From Raillietiella orientalis (lineage: Eukaryota), in the NCBI GenBank assembly GCA_036172245.1, contig JAYWIR010000061.1, positions 248,001 to 312,000 of the forward strand: a stretch of 64,000 nt of DNA, read 5' to 3'. The notes beneath the pieces are model-generated. The model worked only from the letters and a program-made list of their open reading frames with translations. It was not told the origin of the DNA and did no database searches. Position numbers and translations under genes: made by a program. Position 1 is the stretch's first letter, and each line of letters starts with the position of its first letter. Shown here in pieces: positions 1 through 11,899 of this stretch.

Positions 1-618
1 TTTCTTCGCGCGCAAATGTCTCCTGGCAACGCTCTTTGAGCCCCGAGAGCTCCCTGGCAGCTTCTTTTCGCTTCGCCTGGCAAATCGATCCGATCGAGGG
101 AAGCTGCGCCGTGCAGACGCCCAAAGGGAAACGACGAAGAAGGCTTTCTGCTCCGAGAAGCACCGTCCTCGCGCGAAGAGGACACCCCCAAGTGTCCGAC
201 GCACCAGAGCCCCCGGCGGCGTGCACCCGCGGCATCGGCCGATCGGCAACCAGAAGAGGGGTCGGAAGCAACGGGAGTTGCAGAGGCAGCGAGTTGCAGC
301 GTGCGGATGAGGGGGGCAGGACGGCCGCCCTTAGCGCGAAGCGTAGTGGAAGAAAGCGGGAAACTGCACGCCTGCAGGGAAAGGAAGGAGCCGTCGGGGA
401 AAGGGAGGACCCCTCTGTGGTCCGAGGAAGCTAAAGATGGGGAGGGAAGGACGGGGAAGCATACTGGGGACACCCAACATGCTCTCCTGCTCGGAGTTGG
501 GAGCGCTCTATCCCGCGCACGCGGCGCGGCCCCTTCCAGCCGGACGGGAGGCGGGGGCGAGGACACAGCGGAGGGGGACCGTTTCCAGACAACGAGGGAC
601 GCTGGCGCGAAGACGTAC

Positions 619-930
619 CTTGGGCAGCGTGGACGGCTTCTCTCCCGTGAAGGGACTCTCCTCCTCCTCCGCCTGGGCGGCGGCTGGGCTCGCGCTGCTC
701 GGGATGGAGAGGAGGTGCCCGAAGCGAGCCTTCCCAGAGCCGCCGCCGACCCCTCCCGCGCCGCCGCCACCGCCGCCGGCGCCGTGCTGCGGCGGGATGA
801 GGTTGGCCAAGGCCTTCAGGCCGCTGACGAACTTGGGCGGCAGTGTGGACGTGTCGGCTAGCATCTCCGTGATGATTCCGTGCGCCTGGAGTAGCGCAGC
901 GGCGTCCAGGTTGCCTCCAGAGGCGGCGCT
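619..930 (-). CDS. PDE3: Internal coding exon of a PDE3-family cGMP-inhibited 3',5'-cyclic phosphodiesterase (N-terminal regulatory region)
   Basis: Translates SAASGGNLDAAALLQAHGIITEMLADTSTLPPKFVSGLKALANLIPPQ...EEEESPFTGEKPSTLPK, matching the recalled PDE3A segment [37 protein letters not shown]...EKDKLAIPK. Flanked by a polypyrimidine acceptor (ttcttctgtggcttcttccag) and a donor (AAG|gtacgt). 312 nt, phase 0 at both ends. Remaining exons lie outside the window or were not recognised. Confidence 0.85.
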
Positions 931-1469
931 CTGGAAGAAGCCACAGAAGAAGACCTCGGCATACAGTGGCGGTCCCGCGACCGCAGGAGGGAGACTTGGG
1001 TCACGATTCAAGAATGGCCTGCGATCAGACAGACGCGCCCCCTCCCCGGGGAGGCGGCGGCCAGGGGCGGGGACACGGAGACACCTTCTCCCTCCCCTTG
1101 TCTATCCCCTGAGCGGGGCCACGACTACGAGATGAACGCACGTTCGGCGGGGAGGAGGCAACGTGGCGTCCCGGGAGCGAAGGGAGGGAGGGAACGCCTC
1201 CCGTCCCGGGAGCGCGCGCGCGGATCCGCCCCTGTCCGTTTGCCCCGAGGCGGGGGGTGGTCTCGGGGATGCGGGAATGTCGGCTTCCCCAGCATCAAGA
1301 GACGGAGCGGGGAGGAGCGAAAGAAGGGAGAAGGCGAAGGGAAGGACGGATGCTTCCTTGGGGAATGCGGCCGGCCGCCTCCCATTTTCGGAAGGGGGAG
1401 GAGGGAGAGCGGGAATAAAAGAGGAGGAGAAGGAGAGGAGGAGAGGGCGAGCTCCGCCGCCGCACTCAC

Positions 1470-1502
1470 CTGGCACACGGAACGCAACAAGCCGTCTTCC
1501 AT
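1470..1502 (-). CDS. Candidate alternative first coding exon of the PDE3 gene (MEDGLLRSVCQ)
   Basis: ATG in strong Kozak context (ggACCATGG), 11 codons, then a consensus donor CAG|GTGAGT in phase 0, compatible with the acceptor at 930 (intron 931-1469). No homology support. Confidence 0.5.
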
Positions 1503-2300
1503 GGTCCAGCCGGCGCAGAGGCTGCGCAGACCACGATCTCCGCCGGAGACGTCGTGACGACGACGACGACGCGTGCGGAAAGTCGGCGGCGCACTGCGGC
1601 GGCGGCCGCTCCGTGCAGAAGAGGAGAAGGAGGAGGGGGAGGAGGAGGGGGAGGAAGGCGAAGGATCCCGCTGGCCACAACGGCGTCCTTCGCGCACGCC
1701 CGTCGCCGCGCAACGGGCAGAGATGCCGGTCTGCCGGAAGGAAGGAAGGGCTTCCCTTCGCCCAGCGGGGAGGGCGCCTCCGTGCGCCCGCGGACGTGCG
1801 AACGACGCGGACGCCGACCGGACGTGCCCCCGCGGCGGCGGCGACCGCCCCCGAAGGAAGACGGCGGGACGGCTTGACGCGGCGACGCGCGTGACGACGC
1901 CGCGCGGATACCCCCCGCGCAGCGCGATAGAGATCGGGACGTCCGGATTGCCCAACCCATGCCCACGCGAGCGTCGACGATAAGCGGCCGCCGCCCGCGA
2001 CCTGCGCAGTCGCCGCGGAGGTTTCACCTCGGCGGGTGCGTTAGTTCCGCCTGCCGCTGCCGCCAGAGAGCACACCGCGGCCTCTCCCCGACTCCTCCTC
2101 TACCTCCCCCTCCCCCCCGAGATGCCAGCGGAGGGGAGGGGGGAACACAGCGACAGGAAGAGCGTGCCTCTGCACCAGACGACCCGCTTCCTGGTCCCTT
2201 GGGGGAACTGCGTGCGCGCGCTTCCTGGTAGCTCCCGGCGACTGACAAGACTCGACACCGGGAAGGAAAGGGGTTACGGAGAAGGAGGAAAAGAGACAAC
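1503..2300 (-). promoter_or_regulatory. Very GC/CpG-rich putative 5'UTR and promoter region of the short PDE3 transcript
   Basis: CpG-dense, with (GAC)n and (GGA)n runs and no transposon motifs recognised, directly upstream of the candidate start exon. TSS not locatable. Confidence 0.3.
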
Positions 2301-2526
2301 TGCGCTAGTGAAGAACTGATCTGAGGTGGGGCACCCTGTAGTCATCGAAATGACGTCCCTGCTCGCAGAAGAGAGCGGTACGCCTGGCGGCAGCTGGGAA
2401 AGAGCCGCGGGCTGGCCCGGTCTTCGAGTGCGCGTGCCTTCGGGGCAGCGGCGAGCATAACGGCAAAGTTTCCCTCCCCCTTCCCCGCTCGCTTTCATTT
2501 GCTGCCCTTCGATGACTAGAGAGATG

Positions 2527-2587
2527 CAGAAGACGGGGTGGGACAAAGATGCTCGCGCGGAGCATCTTTGTCCCACCCCGTCTTCTG
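2527..2587. repeat. Perfect inverted repeat, 28-bp arms with 5-nt loop
   Basis: cagaagacggggtgggacaaagatgctc-gcgcg-gagcatctttgtcccaccccgtcttctg; arms are exact reverse complements. Confidence 0.95.
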
Positions 2588-2935
2588 GGACCTCCCCGTC
2601 CGTCTCCTGTAACCCCACGTTGCCACGACTCGGGAAACTGAGAGCAATTTTGCGTACCCCACTTCTCCCTTTCTCCCTCTGCTGAGCTGCCTCCTCGCCC
2701 TGAGACACGGCAACAGCGACGACGAGCGTGAGCGGGGCGCACTGCCGGGAGCCACTGCGGCATGAGCCGAGCCCGCAACGAACGGCGCCTCCCACGTGCG
2801 ATGCACCGAAATTCTGCGGTACTCGAGATGACACGCAAGGGCGGCGGCAGCGGCGGAGTTTCCGGCGGGTGTTAGAGGGAGAGTCGGCCAGCGTGCTGCT
2901 TCGAGCTTGTAAGATCGAGAGGGGAAAGCATTATG

Positions 2936-2973
2936 GAGCTTCATGTGAGCTCATGTGAGCTTTATGTGAGCTC
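2936..2973. repeat. Short tandem repeat of a 10-11 bp unit (gagctcatgt-like, about 3.5 copies)
   Basis: gagcttcatgt gagctcatgt gagctttatgt gagctc. Confidence 0.85.
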
Positions 2974-3080
2974 CCATTCCGAAGGGCGAGGAAGGGAGGA
3001 GCTGGGAAAAAGGGGGCCTTTCGTGCTCGGAAATCTCTCGTCGAAGAATGCAGCTGCAGCGGCAGCGGAGGGGGGGGGGG

Positions 3081-3250
3081 AGGAGAATACATTGTTGACG
3101 TTTGGAAGGGGGAGGGGGGAGGAGAATACATTGTTGACGTTTGGAAGCCTAGGAAACGATATATTGACGCGACACGCGCATTGTTGACGTTTGGGAGACT
3201 AGGAAACGACATATCGACGCGACACGCGCATTGTTGACGTTCGGGAGCCT
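3081..3250. repeat. Compound minisatellite (39-bp then 50-bp period) sharing the core cattgttgacgtt
   Basis: Core recurs at about 3090, 3129, 3179 and 3229. The intervening sequences are themselves duplicated. Confidence 0.9.
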
Positions 3251-3849
3251 AAAAAACGCCTAGATGCGCCGCTTGTTGTCCTTGAAGATTGCCCGCGTTG
3301 CTATGAAACGAATTCTGTAAAAAGAAAATAACGAAATTTCTGCGAGCGCAAAACAGTGCGAGATGAAGAGGAGAGAGAGGGACGAATCCCCCCCCCCTCC
3401 CCCCGCACACGGACGCGCAAATAATCGAAGGAGACGGCAAAACGGGAACACCGCTCGTTCGGATGCAGCGGCGAAATTCGCGTTCTTCATTTGAAGGTCT
3501 GTTGGTGCGCGCGCCCACAGTAGCTGCTGTTGCTGTCTTCGGCAGCTTGGTGTGCAGCCACCGCACGCAATCGATCTGCGCAACGAAACAGCATGCGCCG
3601 TCGTGAATTTCACCAGCGAAAAGGAAGCATAGAGAGACGAAAGCAAGAAGCTGCGTCCACTGGGAATCGGTCCTTCTTCCCGTTCCAGTTGTAGAGAACG
3701 AGTGTACAGAAACGCGGAAAAGGAAACAGAGCAGGAAGAGTGCGATCCGATCGAGATTTCAGAACTAAGCTGCCTGAAACTCCGTTAGGGTAGCGGGAAG
3801 CGAAACGACAGAGCCACGGAGATCGGTCACCGAACGAGATGCAGCGCTT

Positions 3850-4600
3850 GCGCTACTTCCTTGAACCCCGACCACCCCAAATTCAGTCAGGGTGCCAGCT
3901 CTCTCGAGCTGGGATTTCCTCAGGGACTCACCTCCCGACCCGTAGGGAATCCACGCATAAACGCACGCCTTATACCGGCTGACCGAAGATCAAGGTTTCG
4001 CTCCAATGCACAGTGCCGACCAACACTCTCTTCGCTTGTGGTCACGGAGCATAAAGTAGAAACCACTGGATCTTCAGATTGTCCGCCAGGGATTCCGCAC
4101 TTCGAGGATTCTGCACGTTACTTCTTTCACGAATCTCTCGTCTTTTGTTTCGAGGGTTTTCGAATTTATGAAGAGTGCACACTCATAAAAGAAAGATCGA
4201 GAACGTCCCGGACCGCGTCTGCAGTCTGCTTCATGGAGCAACCATTGTCTCCATAGCTGCAAACAGGTTCGAATGGCTTTGGATCACGACATCAGCCGAA
4301 TGCGCGGACGTCGCACCAATCACGTGGCTCGGATGACTGGCTCCACGACGGAGCCAATCGGCTAAGTGTTGTGTTTTTATAAAGTTGCCCCTGTTTGAGT
4401 GGCTGCCCCGTAGAATCATGGGCAACCCTTTCCACCTATCCGAACCTGCTCCCTGGATGCCGTAGCTCGTCGCCAGGCGAATAGAGAGCACCATCGCTCA
4501 CACAGCGCCATCTCTTCCACGTTCTTCGAGTCACGCTCATAGAACATAGCCCTTTTCGTTCTTCAATAGAGCGGAGGTGGAGTTTTCGGCAAGCTGACGG
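3850..4600 (-). mobile_element. Degenerate hAT (ZMYM1/PRKRIR-like) transposase relic
   Basis: Collinear fragments KGLPMILRGSHSNRGNF (cf. GLxLRG...NxGNF), WLLHEAD (cf. FSIxxDExxD) and ECALFINSKTLETKDERFV (cf. RYVD...ERFL), with stops and frameshifts. Confidence 0.4.
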
Positions 4601-6749
4601 TGAAGGGGCAGCGGGATCGATCCGCCGAATCGGGAACGAGGGAGCTGAATGACCCCCGATCGACCCCAGCTGGCACAGCAGCTGGAGACGCAAGCTAAGA
4701 GCCCGAGAGCAAAAAAAAAGGCAACCCCGTGAAGCGCGCGCGAGGCGAACCCGAAAATCGAAAAGCAAAACGTCCGTTGATTTCCGCTGGGTAGCGGGGG
4801 GAAGGGTGGGGGGTGAACGGAGAGTGCCTTCCCTCTCGACAGCGATCTTCCAAGGTGGTGGCGCGCAATAGAGCCAGTGGGAAAAGTGAAGTTCTGGGTA
4901 GGTAGCTGTTCGGAAGTTTCACGGAACGGCTCCCGCTCGCCTCCCGCTCAACTTGGACTGGCCCAGGGCGGGCCCTGCACCAACTTCGCAGCTTCCAATC
5001 TGCGGAGTCGATGGTGCAACGTTAAACCTTTTTTTTTTTTTTTTTTTTGACCTCTTTAAATTCAGCCGCACGCGAGCCCGGTTATCGGAGGAGAAGCCAT
5101 GAATGAGTCAGGCACAAGGTTCTCCTGTTCGGGATGAGGATTCGCCTGATCATTTCGCGAGATTAAAAAAGAAAAAAAAATCACTTTATCTGATGATGCT
5201 CCCGGCACGGAGATAACCGCGAGGGATTCATCCATCGGGAAGGCCGATCAGGTGGGAACCGGTTAATTAAGGAAGAGCCGATCGGAGGGGGAATGCTGGA
5301 GTCGGAAGCGCGCCTCACGCGGATCGCCTTTCGAAACGAAGGGCGCTCCCCCTCCGGGGCGAAAGGGGGGCCGCTGCATCCGCGACGCTGACGCTCGCAA
5401 CTTCAGGGTGGCGAGGAAAGCACTCCGATTAGCAACGAAGACGTTGGCGGTCGCCTGGTGAGCGTGCGCGCAGCTGCCATTACTTCCCCGAAAGGCCGAG
5501 CGCCACCCAGCCTCTGCAACCCCTTCTTTCACTCCCGTGATAGGGGCGAGATGTGCCCCGTTCCTGACTACGGAATGGCCAAGCCTCCGGCTAGCAAGGG
5601 CATCCGTCCGGAGCCGCTCGCGTTCCTCGAAACGAAAAGAAGTCGCGCGCCCAAGGGCTTCCCAAGCCAACCGTTCCAAACTTGGACGGCTGGCCCGAGA
5701 GGACCCTCACACACACACGGAGAACGCCTCTTCCCCGTTCCCTACGCTCGCATTAGCGGAGGGAAACGAAAAGAGTGCGGGAAAAACCGCCATCTGCGAA
5801 GCCTCAGCGACGGACTTCGGCCGAGTCCTTGACCGCCACCACCCCATCAATTCTGGATTTTCTCGTTTCCGGCCCAAGGACGACGCTGGGCAAAGGTGAA
5901 GCAAAAAAAAAAAAGAGCTGGACCACGCAGCCACAATCGGGGGAGTCGAAAAGGATTGAAAGGCCCACCTTTACGCTTGGATGGTGCCGCGCGCTCCCGT
6001 TCCTTGCGGCTTCCGTCCATCGCCCCGATGGATCCGCCGGAGACAGACGGGCGTCGAGGAGCGCCGCACGGTCTTTCGCTGCATCCAACTTTCCCCGCTT
6101 CGGTCTCCTGGGTCACGAGCCTGCATTTTCCCAGATCTTCTGCCGGACGAGTTTTTCGCCTTCCCGCGACGCTTTTGCTGACCCCGCTGACCACTAGCTC
6201 GTCCCTCGCTTCAGCTTGCTAGTAAGGCGTCCGCGCGACTGGCACCGACAAAACAGGGCGCGTTCGAGTCCCCATCCCCGAGAGCGCCCGTTCGCCAGGA
6301 TGCGACGATAACTCCTTTCCAGGAACGCGGGGGGGGGGGGGGGGCAGGGGAAGTGCCCCTCAAAGTGGGCGCCCCTGGCGACGCTCGCTTACCGAAATTC
6401 GCGCTGAGCGTCCATAGGGACGCGACTAGTAGTGGAACTGGATCTCCGCGGGAAAAAAGGGGGACTGAACTGAAGAGGAGGGGAAGATGGTGCGTGAGCG
6501 GCACGAAGTCCTTTCGATTGCTCACGCCCCGTTGACGGATCCATTCTTCGATGACCACACCGCCCTACCTCTCTTGCACAAGAGCTCCTTTAGGCAAACG
6601 AACTGTCCCCCTCGAACGAGGGGACGAGGCGAGCGGGGGAAGGGAAAGGAGAGATCGCAGCTTCGATCCCTGCTCAAGGACCGAGCAGCGGGCCACGCCC
6701 CCCTCGGAGAATGGAGCCCAAGCAACGGGAGGAGGAGGAGGAGAGAAGA

Positions 6750-7510
6750 GAGGAGACGACGGAGTGGGCGCGCGCGGGGGCAGATCTGGGGGTATGCATC
6801 CAAAAAACAATGCGAAGGACGCGCCACTAGGGAGCCAGGTCTTCGAGGAAGAAAGGGGCCGGCTGCACCCCTTCGAGGAGAAGCAGACCTGGAAACCAGC
6901 CGCCGCCACCCACGAACCACCGCCCGCCAGGAGCTCCGTCACCGCAGCTTCGAAACCAAGACGACCGGGCGCAGCCGGGAGGAACCGAAAGGAAACTCTC
7001 GCAAACCGTCACGACTGGGAGCGCAAGAAGTTACAGAGACGAAAAGCCAGAACCGCCTTTGCCGCCTCTGCTGCGGCAGCACTTGAAGAGTAGAACCTCA
7101 CCCACCCACACCACCCCGAAAATCCGCATCCCCTGCCAAAGGCAATGTCCCCCAGAGGTTGCGATTCGACGTCGCTTCCCTGCAGGACGTGCGCGGAGGG
7201 CGACGGTCCACCCGACACAGGGCACGCGCACCCAGGACGCAGCGGGTGCGACGCACGCCAAGTGCGCGCGGTGCGCTGGAGTGGGAAGGCACAGGGAGAG
7301 GGGGTCGCGACGACAGGATGGTGGGGCTGATGCTAGCGAAGGGAGGAGGAGGAGCCGAGAGCGCTGTCATGGGAACGACGGCAAAGCGCGGCGGTGGATG
7401 AATGTAGCTGACCGACAGAAAGGCAGTGGGAGCGCTGGCAAGCGATGCTCCCCCTTGAGACAGCGGCGACGGAGGACCTCCACGGATACGAAGGTTTCAA
7501 AAGGGAAAGA
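6750..7510 (+). mobile_element. 3' relic of a restriction-like-endonuclease non-LTR retrotransposon (R2/R4/NeSL type)
   Basis: NRLCRLC (zinc knuckle start, about 7051), CDARQVRAVRW (cf. RHxxVxxxxHW) and MNVADRQK...DAPLE (cf. PD..D..DVxxPxD) in the expected order across frames. Confidence 0.35.
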
Positions 7511-8699
7511 GCAGCAGCCGCTCTTCTTTGTTTCCTTTACTCTTTTTTTTTTTTTTGAAGCTTCCTCCTAGACGAGTAACCGCAAGGGGAAAACGGGAGG
7601 GGACGCGAGCGTCTGCTGCTTGCAAGCGGGAGGAAGGGGAATGTCCCGTCTTCCCTGCCAAAGTACCCCGAAAGAAACAAAGGAGAAAGCGGGAAGGGCG
7701 CGCGTGGACTTCTTTGGTTCCGCGGGCGAAGGGCCGCGGCGAAAGAGAAATCTCGGTTGAACAGGAAACCGATAAAACCGGGGCCTCCGCTGCTGCACCG
7801 GGAATGAACAGCATCGGGGAGCACCGGGTGGATGCCACGTCGCAGGTGCGCGCACCGGAGCGGAAAAGGCGCGCGCTCCAGCTCCAAGGGAGAAACCTCC
7901 CTTCCCTCTCTTCCTCCCCCTTTTCCCTCCCGTTTGCGCCTCGGGATGCAGGGGACCGTGCTCGCAAAAACTCGAGGAGGTGCCCCGCGGACGGCGAAGT
8001 TTCTACAGACTCGTACGATCACACGAGAGAAGCGAGGAGGTCCTCCAGGCGCGATCGCAAGCATCTCCCGTCTTCCACCGGCGGCAGCGACGGCCAAGGG
8101 TATGAGAGGAGGAAAGGTGGCGGAGGAGCAGGGAACATGCGCCACGGCAGCACGCGAAGACGGCTGGCCGGGAAAACTTCGAAACCAGGGACGGATCGAA
8201 GGCGGCTGCTTCGCGCAAACAGCGGGGCTGAAACACGGAAGGCGAGTCGCAGGACGCCCTACCGGTCCCGCCGTCGCTCGGCCGTCGAAAGACCAGAGAG
8301 GGATCCATGCAGAGGAAAATGGGATGCAACCGCGGCAGCAGCAGCAACTCCTGATGCTCGCCCCCACGTCACGCGCGGCGGCTGTAATTAAGTTTTCCCC
8401 CCGCGCCGATCGCCCACGCAAGGAGATAATCAAGCCTATCGTATTTTCTATAACATTAATATTAATGATGACGATAAACATCGAGTTTACGCAAGTGTGG
8501 ACGATAGAAGGCCTCCTTTAAAATAAGTAACATTTGCTGATGAGTGCACTAAACACACGCATACATACGTGCGCGTGCGTGTGTGTGTCCCGGCCTCATC
8601 AACATCCATTAAGAGCAAACAGCTAAAAGATGAAAGATAAACAGAATCCCAAACGAAACGATTAGAATTTCATTCTCACACGGACAATGTTAACATTTG

Positions 8700-9420
8700 G
8701 CTTGTTTGTGGCGCACTAGGAGATTAGATGGGCAAGCTGGGCTCCCTGAGGATACCAGCCGAAACGGGAACCCTGCGAGGCGAGCGGGACGCGGCGGACC
8801 CGTCTCGCCGGCGAGGAGGAAAATGTGTCCCTACCCCCACTCCTGGATGGCAACACGCCACTTGCTCGGCGGCGGCGACCTCCCACTGAGGGGTGAAGGG
8901 AGTCGGGGGACAACCAAAGCGATCCGCAAGTCCTCTCGCGTGGCCGTCGAATGCGATCCGGCTGAAAGTCTCGCGAGGAAGGAAGGGAGGAAGGAAAGGA
9001 GGAAGGAAAGGAGGAAGGAAAGGAGGAAGGAAAGGAGGAAGGAAAGGAGGAAGGAAGGCGTGGCCGCCTTCTGTTTGCGTCCGAGACCGTCGCCCGCAGG
9101 TGCCGCGGAAACTTCCTCACGGAGCACGAGGAAGAGCCACAGAACCACCTCAGCGACAGAGGAGTTGCCAGGCAACAATGCGAACTCCCCGTCTCGCCAC
9201 GCAGCGCCGCTGTCTCAGAGAAGAGCAGACAAAGAATTAGCACGTAGAGGAGTGTGGACCGTCCGAAGGCTGCCACGGAAAAACGTCTACATTTCTCCAG
9301 CTTTGAGGAACCACCTCCACGATCACCTGCATAAACGCGGGCTCATAGGGAGCAGCACCTTGGAAACGAACCCTCCGTCGATTCAAGCTCCTCATATGGA
9401 ACGACCTACACATCGATAAA
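8700..9420 (+). mobile_element. 3' relic of an RNase H-bearing non-LTR retrotransposon
   Basis: SRHAAPLSQRRADKELARRG (cf. PxHxGxxGNExADxLAxxG) followed by LRNHLHDHLHKRGLIGSS (cf. HLxxxGxxxSxxC). Confidence 0.35.
8975..9058. repeat. Polypurine microsatellite, 12-bp unit (ggaaggaaagga)n
   Basis: About 6-7 tandem copies, directly visible. Confidence 0.95.
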
Positions 9421-9899
9421 CAAGCAGCATTTTCAAATTACCGCTTGCCACTTCGAGGGAGCAGTGGGATTTGCTGAGCAGGACGGCGTGAAACGCGGGC
9501 CGCGTTTCCCCCTCCCTCCTCCTTCCTCTAACTTCCCTGCCGAAGAGGAACGTGAGGTAAAGAATCCACGTCTCCGCAGCACGGGGGTAGCGCGACGCCC
9601 TCGGCGCCGCTTCCGAGAAATGCGGCGCGCGGTGTGAGGGGGGGAAGATCGAAATTGGATTTCAGGATTCGGCAGGCCACCTGCAGACGGGAGATCGATG
9701 GGCGACTTCGGGAATGGGCGCGGTAGTCCGTCCCTCGAAAGCGCTTGCAGCCCCGAAGCGGAAAGCGCAAATCTCGTGAAAAACGTTTCCGTGGAAACCA
9801 GCAGCGGGGAGGATTTATTCCTGCCTCCGCGGAGCCTCCTGGAAGGAATGCTCCCGGAAGGAAGGAAACGAGCGAGCGGAAGCGGTCGTGCATCTCCAG

Positions 9900-11050
9900 G
9901 AGCTAAAATAAGGATGACGAGGGAGGATCTGCTGAAACCGCCGCCCGACCGCATGCTGAACCACGCGCGCGCCACCTTGCGATTACCTCGCATGCTGCAG
10001 AGAGCTCGCGCTCGGCTTCCCGATTCACGAAGTTCGGAGGGAAGGCAAATCTCTCAGAACAGAAAAGGAACAAACTTGACCTCCTTACGTGACGACTTCC
10101 GCCGGGACGCAGGGAGAGAGAAGCCGCTAGAACGCTCGTAGTGTAGCAACCGGAATTTCGATAGGCATTTTCGAGACCGGTGCAGCGGACTCGCATAGGA
10201 AACGAATGTGCTGCACGGTGAGCACGAAGGGAGGTGAGCTGTGGATACACGTCAGGGCCGCATCCAGCGCCAGAACGCTCTTTTTGCAAGAAGTAGGTTC
10301 ATTACACCGGAGCAACGCTGCACAGGGCCACATTTTTGTGTGTGCGTGTCTCATCTGTCCCTTTTCGGGTGGGGAGTACACGTGGAGGCGTTGCAGCTCT
10401 GTGAAGAAAGGGCGAGCAGGGTGCGCAAAGGAATCACCGGCGAAGGACCGCAGGATGACCACCTTGGCCGCCGCCACCAGGCAAAGGCTCACCTGGAGAA
10501 GTCGCAATGGAGAGAACAACCTGAAAGAAAGCCCCGCTCTTCGGCAGAGGCAGGCGCGGTCCAGGCCGCAGACCTGCCTGGAGCAACAAGCGCAGTGGGG
10601 TAAGGCCCGCGTCAAATCGCCTTGGGTACCCTGTGCTTGTTGGCGCATCCGACGCTGCTGTCTTCCCTGCGGCGGAAGAGTTCCCAAGTTTAAACAGCTC
10701 CCGCGTTCCGAGTCGTCCCGAGCCGTGCTTCCGAGACCTATCCCGTTTCCCGCGGATGCCCGGTGGACCGCTTCCACGGCATCCCTGCTCCCGTTTCGCT
10801 CCACGCGGGGGTACCAAGCCGGCCATCATCTGCAGCGCTGGGTGGTCTCAGCACTGTTCTGTTCCCGTGCTCGCCGCTGGACGGAACGCCGGGCCTGCGA
10901 CCACGCTGCCATCCCGCGGCTACCGACGGGACGAATTTTTCCCCTTTCTCTGATCCTTCCTGTTCAATGCAGCGTTTCCGCGCGTGCGATGCCTGAGTGA
11001 TCCACTCCGTTGCGTGGGAACAAAGAGCGTGCGAGAGCACGTCAACGGAC
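9900..11050 (+). mobile_element. Pseudogenised SWIM + YqaJ/lambda-exonuclease + PHD ORF, as in ISL2EU-type DNA transposons
   Basis: In order across frameshifts: GHIFVCACLICPFSGGEY/HVEALQL (SWIM-like, 10326-10400); YPVLVGASDAAV plus LPCGGRVPKFKQLP (cf. PxLGASPDG..CxCCG..EIKCP, 10627-10703); YRRDEFF (cf. RDxEFW, 10921); DPSCSMQRF (cf. PHD CDxxxCxxxWFH, about 10952). Confidence 0.55.
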
Positions 11051-11899
11051 TTCCCGTTTGTTAGCTCCCAGGTGCAGCATGCGGTGCCCCCCGGTGGCGA
11101 TGCCAAGGAGAGGTTCCATCCAGGAAGACGCCGCATTTGTTTTCTTCGTGTGCAGCGCACTTCGCACAACTTCGGCGAGGATTCGTCACTTGCTCCTCCC
11201 CTTCCTCGGTAACCTAGGCGACGATTTCCCTCCGCACCAAAAATACCGGGAATTCGCATCTCACGCGACCTACAATGCCGCGTGCTGAGTGGGAAGAGGG
11301 GCGCTTCCTCGAGCCGCAGGCTAGGAGTTTCGAAAAGAGGCAAAAAGAGCAGGCACTGTCGCGGTCGGGAACTCGGAGAAAGGACGTGGGGCGCTTGCAG
11401 ATGGATTCAGGGGAAGAAGCAAAGAGATTTCAGTAGAAAAAAGCTCAGCCACCGTACCGATCTCCGAAGCCTCCACCTCCTCCGTGCCAAACCGAGGAAG
11501 GCGCCAAGGGCGTGAGGTCACTCGGCAATGGGTAAACCAAGCGGAAGACGAAGAAAGAATGTAGCGACAAAGATGGCGTGCAGCCGACCCCCTGGAGCCG
11601 GATTCTGGCGACCGCGCGAAAAACACGCGCAGTATTGTCCCTCAAGTTCCCCCCCCCCCTTCCCCGTTGTCACGGCGATCCTTGCGCGCGCGCCTTCGTT
11701 GCACCCGGCTGATGCCCAGCACCCCTCTTGCTCGACAGGAAGGATCGCGGAAGAGTTCCGCGCCACGCCCGACCTCCTTCCTGACGCATCGTCAATCTCT
11801 GGCAGCGGATGCTGCGCGCGCGCGCTGCTCAAATTGCATCGTTTGGTCCAGATCGCCTCGCAGCTTCCTTCCTTCCTGGATCAATCCTTCCTGGATGCT

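Noticed and set aside
3081..3250. CRISPR-like periodic repeat
   Set aside because: Spacers are duplicates of each other, there are no cas genes, and the context is eukaryotic.
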